Source: Okamejei kenojei (lineage: Eukaryota). From it: a DNA stretch of 64,000 nucleotides. A program made the position numbers and the translations under genes. Below, piece by piece: positions 1-11,399 of this stretch (position 1 is its first letter; every line of letters starts with the position of its first letter). The notes under the pieces are model-generated. The model saw nothing but the letters and a program-made list of their open reading frames with translations, ran no database searches and was not told where the DNA came from. The DNA is taken from positions 16,306,001 to 16,370,000 of the forward strand of contig CM069162.1 of assembly GCA_035221665.1 (NCBI GenBank), given 5' to 3'.

Positions 1-129
1 AGATTGCAACCTTCACGTGGTCCGCCCTGTTTTGACTAATGCAATCAACTCGATGTGCACAAACGGAAGATCAAATAGGACAAGTTGTCCAACAACTATA
101 GGCTGTGCACGCCACACGAAAGAAGAAGA

Positions 130-957
130 CAGATCCAAAGAACCTGTTCAACTCATCTGCCATTTCCTTGTTCCCCATAATAAATTCACCTTTTTTGGTC
201 TTCAAGGGTCCAACTTTGGTCTTAACTAATTTTTTCCTCTTCACATACCTAAAGGAGCTTTTACTATCCTGCTTTATATTCTTGGCTAGCTTACCTTTGT
301 ACCTCATCTTTTCTCCCCGTATTGTCTTTTTGGTTATCTCTGTTGTTCTTTAAACATTATCCAATCCTCTTGCTTGCAGCTCATCTTTGCTATGTTGTAT
401 TTCTTCGCTTTAATTTTTATACTGTCCCTGACGTCCCTTGTCAGCTATGGTCGTCCCTTTCTCCCCTTGGAATCTTTCTTCCTTCTAGGAATGAACTAAT
501 CCTGCACCTTCTGTATTATTCCTAGAAACACCTGCCATTTTTGTTCCACTGTCATCCCTGCTAGTGTATCTTTCCAGTCAACTTTGGCCAGCTCCTCCCT
601 CATGGCCCCATAGTCCCCTTTATTCAACTGCAACACTATCACCTCTGATCTACTCTTCTCCCTCTCCAATTGTAGATTAAACCTGACCATGTTATGGTCA
701 CTGCCTCCTAATGGCTCATTAACCTCGAGGTCCTTTATCAAATCCGGTTCATTACATAACACTAAATCCAGAATTACCTTCTCCCTGGTAGGCTCCAATA
801 TAAGCTGTTCAAAGAATCCATCATGAAGGCACTCTACAAAGTCCCTTTCTTGGGGTCCAGTACCAACCTGATTTTCCCAGTCTACCTGCATGTTGAAATC
901 TCCCATAATAACCACAGCATTACTTTTGCTACATGCCAATTTTAACACCTGATTCAA
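130..957 (-). mobile_element. CR1 LINE ORF2 fragment (endonuclease region)
   Basis: Translations IMGDFN, LDLVLCN, LGGSDHNMV and KSSFRYVKRKK are typical of the CR1 APE domain and what follows it. Confidence 0.9.
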
Positions 958-1189
958 CGCGCCCTGATTAAAGTGAAATTAACATAAAAATTAATGGAGG
1001 CATAATATTTTTTATCATTTATGCGTCCTTTTGCCATCTTCTTGTGTGAAAACCTCCAATCATGGAACTGACCAACATTCGTGGAAGGCTCTGTTCACAT
1101 TAGTTAAAATGACAGTGAGCTCAGTAGACAGGATCAGCAGGAGCACAGAAGGGAGTGAGAAAGACTGATGGATTAAATTGTATTTATTT

Positions 1190-2770
1190 CAATGCTGGAC
1201 AGGTAATGCAAATGAAATCAGGGTGTGGATAAGTATGTGCAACAGGGATGTTATACCCATTACGAAACATGGCTCGGGGACAGGACGTTCGGCAATAATG
1301 TTTCAGAGTACAGGTGCTGCAGGCGAGATAGAGGTGGGGAGAAAAGAGGAATTGGAGTTGGTTTATTAAAGAGAGACAGACAATATTCTGAGGTAACATT
1401 AATGTAGGATCATCCAGTGAGGGATTGTGCATTGGGGCCTTTACTCTATAGAGAACCAAGAATTAGAGGAACAAATATGCTGGGAGGTTGCAGGCAGTTC
1501 CATAGGTTAGTTGACAGGGTTGCATAGTTGGGGATATTATCTTTCCCCATATAGACTTGGGTTGACGTGGTGTCAATGGCGTAGATAGGGTAGCATTTGC
1601 CAAATGTGCTTAGGAAAGTTTCAACAGGCAAGATGTAGAGACCCCAACAAGCGAGATGAGCTTGACCTACTATTAGGGAACTGGGAAAGTCAAGTAACTG
1701 AAGAGTCAGTTGGCAAGTCGACTGTTCTATTAGCTTTACAATAGTTATGGCTAAGGACAGGACTGGTCCACAAGTTACAGTTCTAAATTGGGCACGAGCA
1801 ACTTCAATGCTATTAGACAGCAACATGCAAAAGTTGATTGTAGGTTCTTTGCGTCTGTAATGTGGAATGCTTTTGAAAGTGCAAGAGGGAAAGTTCATTG
1901 TATGCATGATCCTATTAAATTGAAGGGCAAGGCAGATAGGAGAAAGGAATTTTGGATGATGAGAGAAAAAGGAGACACGGGTCAAGTATAGACAGCTGGA
2001 ATCAAATGTATCCCTGGAGCGATATAAGGGATTAAGGAGCATAGTAAAGAAGGAAATCAGGAATGCAAAATGGGGAATGAGATTGTTGTGACAGATAAGA
2101 TTGAAGTGAATCTAAAGTGATTTTATGTATATTAAGACAAAAGGGTAACTAGAAAGAGAATAGTGCATCTCAGAACCAAAGTGGTCATCAATGTGCAGAG
2201 ACACAGAGATGGGCAAGGTCGTCAATGAATATTTCTCCTGCTTTTACCGCAGACGTTTACTGGAGATGTCCTGAGGTCAGTTCATATTACAGTCGAATGT
2301 GACAGATGATCCAAGATGTCTGAAGATCGATAATTGCCCCATGTCTGATTGGATATATCCAAGGACATCTTGGGAAGCTAGAGAAGAAATTGTTATTCAT
2401 CATTAAACACGCTGAGGTGCTGAATAACCGGAGGATGGCTAAAGTTATGCCTCTATTTAAGAAGAGCTTCAAAGAAAAACCTGGGAACTATAGAAAAGCA
2501 AGCCTAACATATGTGGTAAGAAAGTTATGGGATAGGATTCTGAGGGAAAAGATGTACATGCATTTGAACAGATGGGGGTTAATGGAAGATAGTCAGCATG
2601 GTTTTGTACATGGGAGATTGTGTCTTACAAACCAAGATGATTAACAAGGGCAGGGCCATTGATGTAGTCTGTATGGACTTCAGGAAGGCCTTTGATAAGG
2701 ACCTGTATGGTAGATGCTCTGGAAGATTAGATCACATATGATCCAGGGACAGCTAGCTAACTGGATACAT
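1190..2770 (+). mobile_element. Degraded CR1 LINE ORF2
   Basis: PLFKK...KPGNYRKASLT and QHGFVHGRLCLTN motifs with many stops and frameshifts. Confidence 0.85.
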
Positions 2771-3439
2771 ATCACAATGAAGGCTCATCAGTGCCCCTAC
2801 TATCATCGAAGATTGAAGAGATTCAGCACCTGTCTAGAGAGAATATTGACTGGCTGCATCACAGCCTGGATAGCTAACTTGAGCGCCTAGGAGCTAAGGA
2901 AATGACAGAAAGTGATGGAAGTTGCCCGGTCCATCATGGGTACTGACTATCAAATGGATTTACAGGAGACATTGTCTTAAAAATGCAGCTAATATAAAGC
3001 CCCATATACCCAGGCCACGCTCTCAAATCGGAGGAAATCCAGTCACAGCGAGAATTAGCTAATTCCACACAGACAGCACCCAAAGTCAAACCATGGTGTC
3101 TGGCACTGTCAGGCAGCAACTCTACTATTTGTGCCACTGGCTGATTATTAAAATTATTGTATTACTATAGTGTATTTATTTGTGTGTTTTGCACTAATGG
3201 TTTTGCAAAGCTATGTTAGAATTTCATTGTTCCGTTAGGGGTACTGTAATTAAACACTCTTGATTTGCTTCAGAGAACAGATCATTGCCATCTTGTGGAA
3301 AATTGGTGAAATGCATACAGCTAGTTAAACTTATATTTCCAGGAACATGCCATTGTGTGCATTTCATTTCAATATATTTTTTAAAGGCCATTTGACCCAT
3401 TGAGTACATGCCAGCTCTCCTATTCTACATTTTGAATAA

Positions 3440-4230
3440 GGATCTCGACCCAAAAGTCTGAAGAAGGGTCTCAACCTGAAACATCACCCATTCCTTCTCT
3501 CCAGAGATGCTGCCTGTCCTGCTGAGTTACTCCTGCATTTTGAGTCTATTCTACATTTATCTCTCTGTAACCAATTTCATCTCATCCCCATGTCCTCCCC
3601 ACTATTTCTTCAACCAGCCACCCAGCTAAACTTATAGCAGCCTGATAACCAGTGCGTCTTTGGAATGTGGGAGAAAATTGGACCACCCAGAGGTCAGAAC
3701 TAAACGTGTGACACTGGAGCTGTGTCGTTGTCATGAATTAACTTTTTCATTATTTGATTAGATTCCAAAGTCAGAGTTTAATTATTTTATGTAATTCAGC
3801 AGGTCAGGCAGCATCCCTGGAGAACATGGATAGATGATGTTTTGGGTCGGGACACCTCAGACTGCAGCCTTTTCATTATAGTATAGAAAAACAATGCATG
3901 ATTACAATCGAGCCATTTATAGTGCATAGATACATAAGGGAATAACGTTTACTGCAAGATAAAACCAGCAAAGCCCGATCAAGGATAGTCTACCTCTTGG
4001 TGACCCTCGGACTATCCTTGGTCAGACTTTGCTGGCTTTACCTTGCACTGAACATTGTTCCATTATCATGTGTAGGAACTGCAGATGCTGGTTTAAACCA
4101 AAGATAGACACAAAAAGCTGGAGTAACTCAGCGGGACAGGCAGCATCTATGGAGATAAGGAATGTATGACGTTTCGGGTCGAGACCCATCTTCAGACTGG
4201 AAGGGTCTCGACCTGAAACGTCACCCATTC
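3440..4230. mobile_element. Cluster of short Penelope-derived terminal-repeat fragments in both orientations
   Basis: CTGAAGA(A/T)GGGTCTCGACCCGAAACGTC core plus GATGCTGCCTG..CTGAGTTACTCC at about 3458 (+), 3800-3860 (-), 4070-4195 (-) and 4197 (+). Confidence 0.75.
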
Positions 4231-4760
4231 CCTTATGTATTGATTCTATACACTATAAATGGCTCAATTGTAATCATGTATTGTTTTTCTGCTGACTGGT
4301 TAGCACGCAACAAAAGCTTTTCACTGTACCTCGGTACGCGTGACAATAAATATATTAAACTAAAATTTGAAGCAGCTTTTCATGTCCTTAAAATAAATAA
4401 AGCAAACATTAGGACCAATGTGTGGTGACTGACTTGGGGCTCGTGTATCTCAAACTCGGCCACACCATCGCTGGTGCACCCGATGGTGGGGCCTGGGTCT
4501 GGGGTGCAGCAGCGGCAGCCCGGCCGTTGCCATGGCTGCAGACCTCCGCGGTCAGGGGAGAGCAGGCGGACTGGACGCACCAGTGCCGCGGGCCACGACG
4601 ACTTTCGCTTTCTTGCAGGGACATTCGTCGCCACATAACAGACCGACGGAGAAGTTATAAGTTATTCCACATCTCCCGGCCCATGTTATTCACTCACTCA
4701 CTCACCGAACGAACCAGACCCACGGGTCGGCACTGACGGCCCTGAGCCTGCGCACAGTGC

Positions 4761-5000
4761 GTTGCCGGGTCCGGCATTGGAGCATCCGCCCTTCGCGCCT
4801 GTCGCCGGGTCCGGCATCCGAGCCTGCGCACTGCGCACCCGTTGCCGGGTCCGGCATTGGAGCATCCGCACTTCGCGCCCGTTGCCGGGTCCGGCATCCG
4901 AGCCTGCGCACTGCGCCCCTGTCGCCGGGTCCGGCATCCGAGTCTGCGCACTGCGCACCCGTTGCCGGGTCCGGCATCCGAGTCTGCGCACTGCGCGCTC
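4761..5000. repeat. 40-bp GC-rich minisatellite, 6 copies plus degenerate flanking copies to about 5095
   Basis: Units start at 4761, 4801, 4841, 4881, 4921 and 4961, each beginning GT(T/C)GCCGGGTCCGGCAT. Confidence 0.95.
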
Positions 5001-5099
5001 ACAGCGGGACACGGGTCTGCGTTCTGCACGCTGATTGCCGGGCCCGGCATCCGAGCATGCGCATTCGTTGACGGGACCAGCACCCGAGCCTGCGCGTGA

Positions 5100-5158
5100 G
5101 CCGCCAGCTCACGTGGTTGCGGACGCCGGTTGTGCGATGGGAGAGCGAGCGGCCCCAG
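5100..5158 (+). other. ZBTB40: Candidate first exon of ZBTB40 (5' end unknown)
   Basis: Donor CCCAG|GTCAGT at 5158/5159 inside the CpG island; start coordinate is nominal. Confidence 0.5.
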
Positions 5159-5774
5159 GTCAGTGCCGGTCCGGGGAGAGTTTGTCCGTCCGTCCCTCCC
5201 TCGGCTGGCCACCGCCGCCCAAGGCCGGAGTCAGCTGTGTCCCCGAGGGTGCCGGCTCCCCTCACCACCCCCCTCCGCCCAGGCGGGAGCATGCCGTTCA
5301 GCCCCTCGCTGCACTGGACTGGACCGGCCCGCAGCTCCTGGCTGTGATCCTCAGCACTTCGACGCTGGGAGGCCCGGTGCTGGCAACAGGGCCCAGTTGC
5401 CCCGTCCCTATACTGCGAGCGAGCCAGCCAGCCAGCCCTCCACCCGGCCACTGAGGGGCCTGCAACCACCTGTGGGCCTCAGCCTCTGAAGGCCAACGAA
5501 CCATTCACCTTTTAATAGGTTTCGGTACTGTCTGTGACAGTTTAACCATATAATGCTTGGATGAATCCTCTTTTAACCTCTACTATGTACACCTTTCACC
5601 ACTTAGACCATACTCCAGAATCAATTTTAAGTACGAGGTCACATTGAAATCTGCCATCGATTTGTTGATATCACTATGCACTTTGTTATTGGCATTCTCG
5701 GTAAATTGTTATTCCAATTGTTTACAAATATTGTTATGGACCAATATCAATTAACACTGCCCTTGATTGTGAAA

Positions 5775-6670
5775 CACAAAGTGCCGGGTTACTTTGTGGA
5801 TCATGCAGCATCTGCATAGGGAATGGACAGGCAATAATTTGTTGTAGGAAGGAACTGCAGATGCGGGTTTAAACCGAAGATATACACATAATACTGGAGT
5901 AATTCAGCAGGACAGGCAGTATTTCTGGAGAGAATGAATGGGTGACGTTTCGGGTCGAGTCTGAAGAAGGGTCTCGATCTGAAACGTCGCCCATTCCCTC
6001 CTGAGATGTTGCCTGTCCTGCTGAATTACTCCGGCATTGTGTATCTTTTACTGGTCCACTGTAAAATCTTCTCAAAGTACACCTAATTTGAAGAAGTTCT
6101 CTTCCTCTCTCTAACAGGCATTCTGTAAGACTCCCTCTCACTCCTCTGCACTCCCACCCCCCCCCCCCTACTAAAAACAGACTGAAGAAGGGTCTTGACC
6201 TGAAATGTTGTCTATCCATTCCCTCCACTGATGCTGCCTGACCCACTGAGTTACTCCAGCACTTTGTATTTTGTAACCAAGATTCCAGGATCTGCGATTC
6301 CTTGAATATGAAATCTGGCAGCTTACAATACGGATATTTTCCTATTTTATATTTTAATAAATGGGAAGGAAATCAAAATAGAGTCTGGTGTTAACTAACT
6401 TCTCACTATTGTATGTGAAAATGTAAACTGCAGATGCTGAAAATCTAAAATAAAAATAGAAAACAATTCTGATGATGGGTCTTTGACCTAAAATGTTAGC
6501 TCTGTCTCTTTTTCCACACATGTGATCTGACCTGCTTAGTATTGATTTCTCATTCTATTGTGATAAAAGTTTGTTGATTATTACTCCTCCCATAGATGCT
6601 GCCTGACCTGCTGAGTGTCTCCAGTATTTTCTCTTTTATTTCAGATTTTCAGCATCTGCAATTGTTTGAT
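5775..6670. mobile_element. Cluster of short Penelope-derived terminal-repeat fragments in the putative first intron
   Basis: Same core at 5945-5988 (back to back), 6182 and 6468 (CTGATGA variant), with shared downstream sequence. Confidence 0.75.
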
Positions 6671-6894
6671 TTTCAATAGCATAATTCTCTCTCCACAGAT
6701 ACTGCTTGACGTTGGGTGTTTTGGACATGTGTTGTTTTTCTATTTATAGTGATATATAGTTACTTGGTTTTAAAAAAAAAAAGAGAATGAAATGTTCTAA
6801 AGTGTCAGAGATTCATCCAAGATTTTTTTCTTACTGTTCAAAGGCAGTACCTGGAAACATCATCTTGAAGAGTGGTTTGAAGACAACTGACACC

Positions 6895-7654
6895 ATGGAA
6901 TTGCCAAACTACAGTGGGCAGCTCATGCAGCAACTGTATACCTTGAGGAAGGAGGAGCAGTTCTGTGATTGCACCCTATTCATTGGAAGCACAGAGTTTA
7001 GAGCACACAAGCTAGTTCTGGCTGCTTCCAGTTTGTTATTCAAATCTCTCCTGGATAACACGGACACAATTTCTATTGACCAGGCAGTAGTATGCCCAGA
7101 AGAGTTTGCTATCCTTTTGGAGATGGTCTACACAGGAAAGGTGCCTCCAGGAAAGCACAACTTCACAAAAGTTGTTTCTGTTGCAGATAATTTGCAGATG
7201 TTTGACATTGCTGTGAGCTGTAAGAACATCGTGGCAAGCTTGATGAAGCATACCGCGGCAAGTGAGGTGCGGGTTTCTATGGACGAAGTGGTGCAGCACA
7301 TAATCGCACAGAGTCCAGCTGGCACAAATTGGGTGGTGCAAGAGTCAGGCAAAAATGAAGAGTCTTGTACCACAAATGCTGAAGCCACAGTGGTTTCAGA
7401 CCAGAATATTTCTGTGCGAGGATTAAATTGCACTGGCAAAGTGGACTTTATGGATGCTGCACTTCCCTCTGATGAAAATACTGTGGATGCTGAAAAGGTT
7501 GAACCAAAACAAGATGGAGAGCACCAGGAAAATTTACCAGACAGAAGTGCTGATAACATCCAGGACATTAATAAACCATCAGATTGTATTGGAACAATCA
7601 ATGAAGAGATGGTTACTGAATTGTCTTGTGAAAAAGAGAAGCCTGTGGGCCCAG
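6895..7654 (+). CDS. ZBTB40: ZBTB40 coding exon 1: BTB/POZ domain plus acidic linker
   Basis: CACC-ATG-G Kozak context; FCDCTLFIGSTEFRAHKLVLAASS BTB motif; donor CCAG|GTACAA, phase 1. Acceptor at 6843 or 6847. Confidence 0.93.
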
Positions 7655-8477
7655 GTACAACTTGGACATTTGGGTGTGAATTTATCTGTGTGACCACATT
7701 TAACATGTAGCATTGTGATTAGGTTATAGATAGCCAGCCAGATTTCTGAACGTTTGATCCAGAGACAATGAGTTTAGTTCACACCGTGGTAGATAGGAAT
7801 TTAAATTTGAGTAATCCAATAAATCTTTTTAAAAAGCTAGTTTCAGTTAAGGTAACCAGTAAAATTATTGGATTATTGTTGTAAACTCATAGTTCACCAA
7901 AATGGCCCTAAGTATGTAAGCAGTGAATACGATAATGGGATAACATAGATCTAGTGTGAACAGGAGATCAATGGTCGGCGTGGACTCTATGGGTCGTAAG
8001 ACCTGTATCCATGCTGAATCTTTCAATTTGTTCAAGTTCATGAGTGGTTTGGTGTTTTTATGACTCCAGATGGGCCCATTTAGTTTACTTGGTACAGGAG
8101 CAATTGCAACAACAGCAGGGCTCTCACTTAACTTTTTTCCCCTGTTGCCAGCCGGGCAACCTCGGCAGCTTTTTAGGTTGCCAAATGACAGGTTAGGTGG
8201 TCATTTAAGACGGCTTGCATTACGCGTGCGATAATGTGTTCGGACAAAGTGCATAGTTACCAGTCGGAATTATGGTCATTGATGCATTCACATATTATTT
8301 CTGCTTCAAAGTCGCAAACTAAACATATTCACCAATGAAGACATGATATATACCACAATGACATGCAGCAAAATTGCAATACAGTATCTCATCTATTTTT
8401 ACACATTGCAATGAATGCAATTTATATTATCTCCACTTCCAAACAAAAATCTGGTTGGATTATTTAGCGCATGATCA

Positions 8478-9312
8478 ACTTCGGTGAGACCAAGCGCAGG
8501 CTTAGCGATTGCTTCGCACAACACCTCCACTCAGTTTGCAATAACCAACCTGATCTCCCGGTGGCTCAGCACCTCAACTCCCCCTCCCATTCAAAATCCA
8601 ACCTTTCTGTCCTGGGCCTCTTCCGTGGCCAGAGTGAGGCCCACCGCAAATTGGAGGAACAGTACCTCATAGTTTGCTTGGTTAGATTACACCCCAGCGG
8701 TATGAACATTGGCTTAAATTTCAGGTAGTCCTTGCTTTCTCCCTCCATCTCCTCCCATTCCCAGCTCTCCCACAGCCTACTGGCTCCACCTCTTCCTTTC
8801 TTTTCCCGCCCCCCACCCCTCCCGACATCAGTCTGAAGAAGGGTCTCGACCCGAAACGTCGCCTACTCCTTCGCTCCATAGATGCTGCCTCACCCGCTGA
8901 TTTTCTCCTGCTTTGCCTACCAACGGGATCCCACCATTGGCCACATCTTCCCATCTCCTCCCTGTCGGCTTTCTGCAGAGACCGCTCCCTACGTAACTCC
9001 CTGGTCAATTCGTCCCTTCCCACCCAAACCATCCCCTTTCCTGGCACTTTCCCTTGCAACTGCAGGAAATACTACACTTATTGCTTTACCTCCCCCCTTG
9101 AGCGGTATGAACATTGACCTCCAATTTCAGGTAGTCCCTGATTTCTCCTCCACTTCCCAGGTCTCCCTCAGCCCACTGTTCCTTTCTTCTTCCCGCTCCC
9201 CCCTCCCGCACCCTCACATCCGTCTGAAGAAGGGTCTCGACCCGAAACGTCGCCTATTTCCTTCACTCCATAGATGCTGCCTCACCTGCTGAGTTTCTCC
9301 AGCATTTTTGTG
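8478..9312 (+). mobile_element. Penelope-like element 3' remnant (GIY-YIG C-terminus plus tandem terminal repeats)
   Basis: GETKRRLSDCFAQHL...PVAQHLNSPSHS...RKLEEQYLI...PSGMNI; segment 8696-8900 is repeated at about 9101-9310. Confidence 0.88.
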
Positions 9313-9398
9313 TACCCATTCACACCAGTTCCGTTATCCCACTTTCCTCACCCACTCCCTACACATTAGGGGCAATTTTACAGAGACAATTTAACCTA

Positions 9399-10111
9399 CA
9401 GTGGCTTGCAAAAGTTTCCAAACCCCTTGAACCTTTCCACATTTTGTCACGTTACAACCACAAACGTAAACGTATTTTATTGGGATTTTATGTGATAGAC
9501 CAACACAAAGTGGTGCATAATTGTGAAGTGGAAGGAAAATGATACATGGTTTCCAAATTTTATTACAAATAAAAAACTGAAAAGTGGCGTGCAAAAGTAT
9601 TCAGCCCCCCTGAGTCAATACTTTGTAGAACCACCTTTCGCTGCAATTACAGCTGCAACTCTTTTGGGGTATGTCTCTACCAGCTTTGCACATCTAGAGA
9701 CTGAAATTTTTGGCCATTCTTCTTTGCAAAATAGCTCAAGCTCAGTCAGATTGGATGGAGAGCGTCTGTGAACAGCAATTTTCAAGTCTTGCCAGAGAAT
9801 CTCAATTGGATTTAGGTCTGGACTTTGACTGGGCCATTCTAACACATGAATATGCTTTGAACCATTCCATTGTAGCACTGGCTGAATGTTTAGAGTCGTT
9901 GTCCTGCTGGAAGGTGAATGTCCGCCCCAGTCTCAAGTCTTTTGCAGACTCTAACAGGTTTTCTTCCAAGCCCTGGATTTGGCTCCATCCATCTTCCCAT
10001 CAACTCTGACCAGCTTCCCTGTCCCTGCTGAAGAAAAGCATCCCCACAACATGATGCTGCCACCACCATGTTTCACAGTGGGGATGGTGTGTTCAGGGTG
10101 ATGTGCAGTGT

Positions 10112-10115
<4 letters not shown>
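9399..10115 (-). mobile_element. Truncated Tc1-like transposon (IR/DR type)
   Basis: TA|CAGTGGCTTGCAAAAG terminus, internal direct repeat GTGGCGTGCAAAAGTATTCAGCCCC at about 9584, and transposase C-terminus WPSQSPDLNPIE..W...AKGGSTKY on the minus strand (9615-9878). Confidence 0.92.

Positions 10116-10116
<1 letters not shown>

Positions 10117-10156
<40 letters not shown>
10117..10156. repeat. (TA)n microsatellite
   Basis: About 20 TA units, directly visible. Confidence 0.95.
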
Positions 10157-10160
<4 letters not shown>

Positions 10161-11399
10161 ATAAATAAACAGATAAAATGCAATAGGCTGTTATTTTTCA
10201 GAGCTTGGAGTTTGGTTGTGGTGGGTCCACTCCACTTTAAATTCCATTTGGAATATTTTTGGAGGACCATGAAGCCAAGAAGCAAGAGTTACTCCAGGGA
10301 GTTACTCCAGCTCCAGGGAGTAATTCTGCGTTGGTTTTCAACGGTCGTGGTGAGGCGGCGACCAGACAGCAATGGCGGCCAGATCTCCCGCAATGCAAAG
10401 GGAGGGAGAAAGTGACCGACGCCGACCAGTTGCTGTGGCAGTGCGCTTGTGCAGGGCGGCACATGCGCACAACCACGGTCGATGATGTGCTGGCCCTGGT
10501 TGTGCGCATGTGCAGGGGGAGGATGTGCAGGCCGTGGCAGTGCGCATGCATGTATAAGGAGACCCGAGAGCCGGACACGAATGGCGGGCAGAGATAGAGA
10601 GTGACAGAGAGAGATAGAGAGAGGGCCCGCTCAGAATTAAACAATAGGTGTCCCGGGTACTTGCCAAGCCGGGTAAAATGGCATGGCTTTCAGGTTGCCC
10701 AGTGGGACTGTAGGTTGCCATTGGCACCCGTGCAACCGTTAATTTCGAGCCCAGAACAGTTGTCAATGTCTCACCTTTTCAGTTAGTTAAAACAAAAAAA
10801 TGTGTTTCACTCACTTAAATAGTACGGTTCAGGAGAATGAGATGCGTGGCAGGCTTGTCATTCAATGCCTCAGAGTAGCTTTGCAGCAATATTCTGAGAA
10901 TCAAGAATGCAGTATTTGAAAATTGATAGATCCAAGTAAAGTAATTTTCCAACAAAGTAGTTGAAGAGCTTCCAATAATTACATCTTTGTCATATTTCAA
11001 TGCCATTTCATCATTCTGTGTGGCATGGAAGGAAGGCCTTCAGTCCACAGAGCCTTTGCTGACTAAATCAACTGCTTTCCACCATTCACGCAAAAAAAAA
11101 CTTTCTTTTTTGCGTACGAATTATCAACATCCATCCCCAGAATTCTCCAACCACCCATGTCACTAGGGATAGTTTACAGTAGCCAATATCCCTCACAGTC
11201 AGTATATATTTGGGGTTTTGAACAAAGTGGGAGCATTCACACAGTGACACAGCTACACAGCTTGCAGCGCTATTATACCATGTAGTTTTATGATTTTTAT
11301 TTTGTTAGTTGCTATAGTGCACCTTATATGGTTCTGCAACTATAATGATTGTGTTGTAGTTTAAGGCAATGGATGGATGCAGATATTTTGTCTATAGAA

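Larger units (their letters stand above)
4480..5480. promoter_or_regulatory. CpG island / ZBTB40 promoter
   Basis: Abrupt GC- and CpG-rich kilobase in AT-rich surroundings, about 1.4 kb upstream of the ATG exon. Contains E-box CACGTG (5110-5115), X-box-like GTTGCCATGGCTGC (4526-4539) and NRF1-like GAGCATGCGCA/GAGCCTGCGCA motifs. Confidence 0.85.
8116..10754. mobile_element. Non-autonomous DNA transposon (hAT-like) carrying nested insertions
   Basis: Imperfect TIRs CAGGGCTCTCACTTAAC / GTTAATTTCGAGCCCAG; 5-bp direct repeat AACAG on both flanks (8111-8115, 10755-10759); a second copy of the left end at 31236-31416. Confidence 0.7.

Noticed and set aside
1-125. Distinct segment at the window edge abutting the CR1
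   Set aside because: Probably the end of another repeat, but too short and single-copy here to classify.
960-3409. Possible minus-strand exons of a divergent gene (near 990-1095 and 3224-3290)
   Set aside because: Acceptor-like sites exist, but I found no recognisable protein or convincing donors.
4761-5000. CRISPR-like look (constant palindromic 17-mer with variable intervening sequence)
   Set aside because: The intervening sequences are only two recurring variants, there are no cas genes, and the context is a vertebrate CpG island. It is a minisatellite.
4694-5504. Many overlapping ORFs on both strands
   Set aside because: Expected from GC-rich tandem repeat lacking stop codons; translations are repetitive with no recognisable domain.
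6787-6894. Upstream ATG at 6787 as the ZBTB40 start
   Set aside because: It lies upstream of a pyrimidine tract and AG acceptor, so it is probably intronic; the recognisable protein begins at MELPNY (6895).
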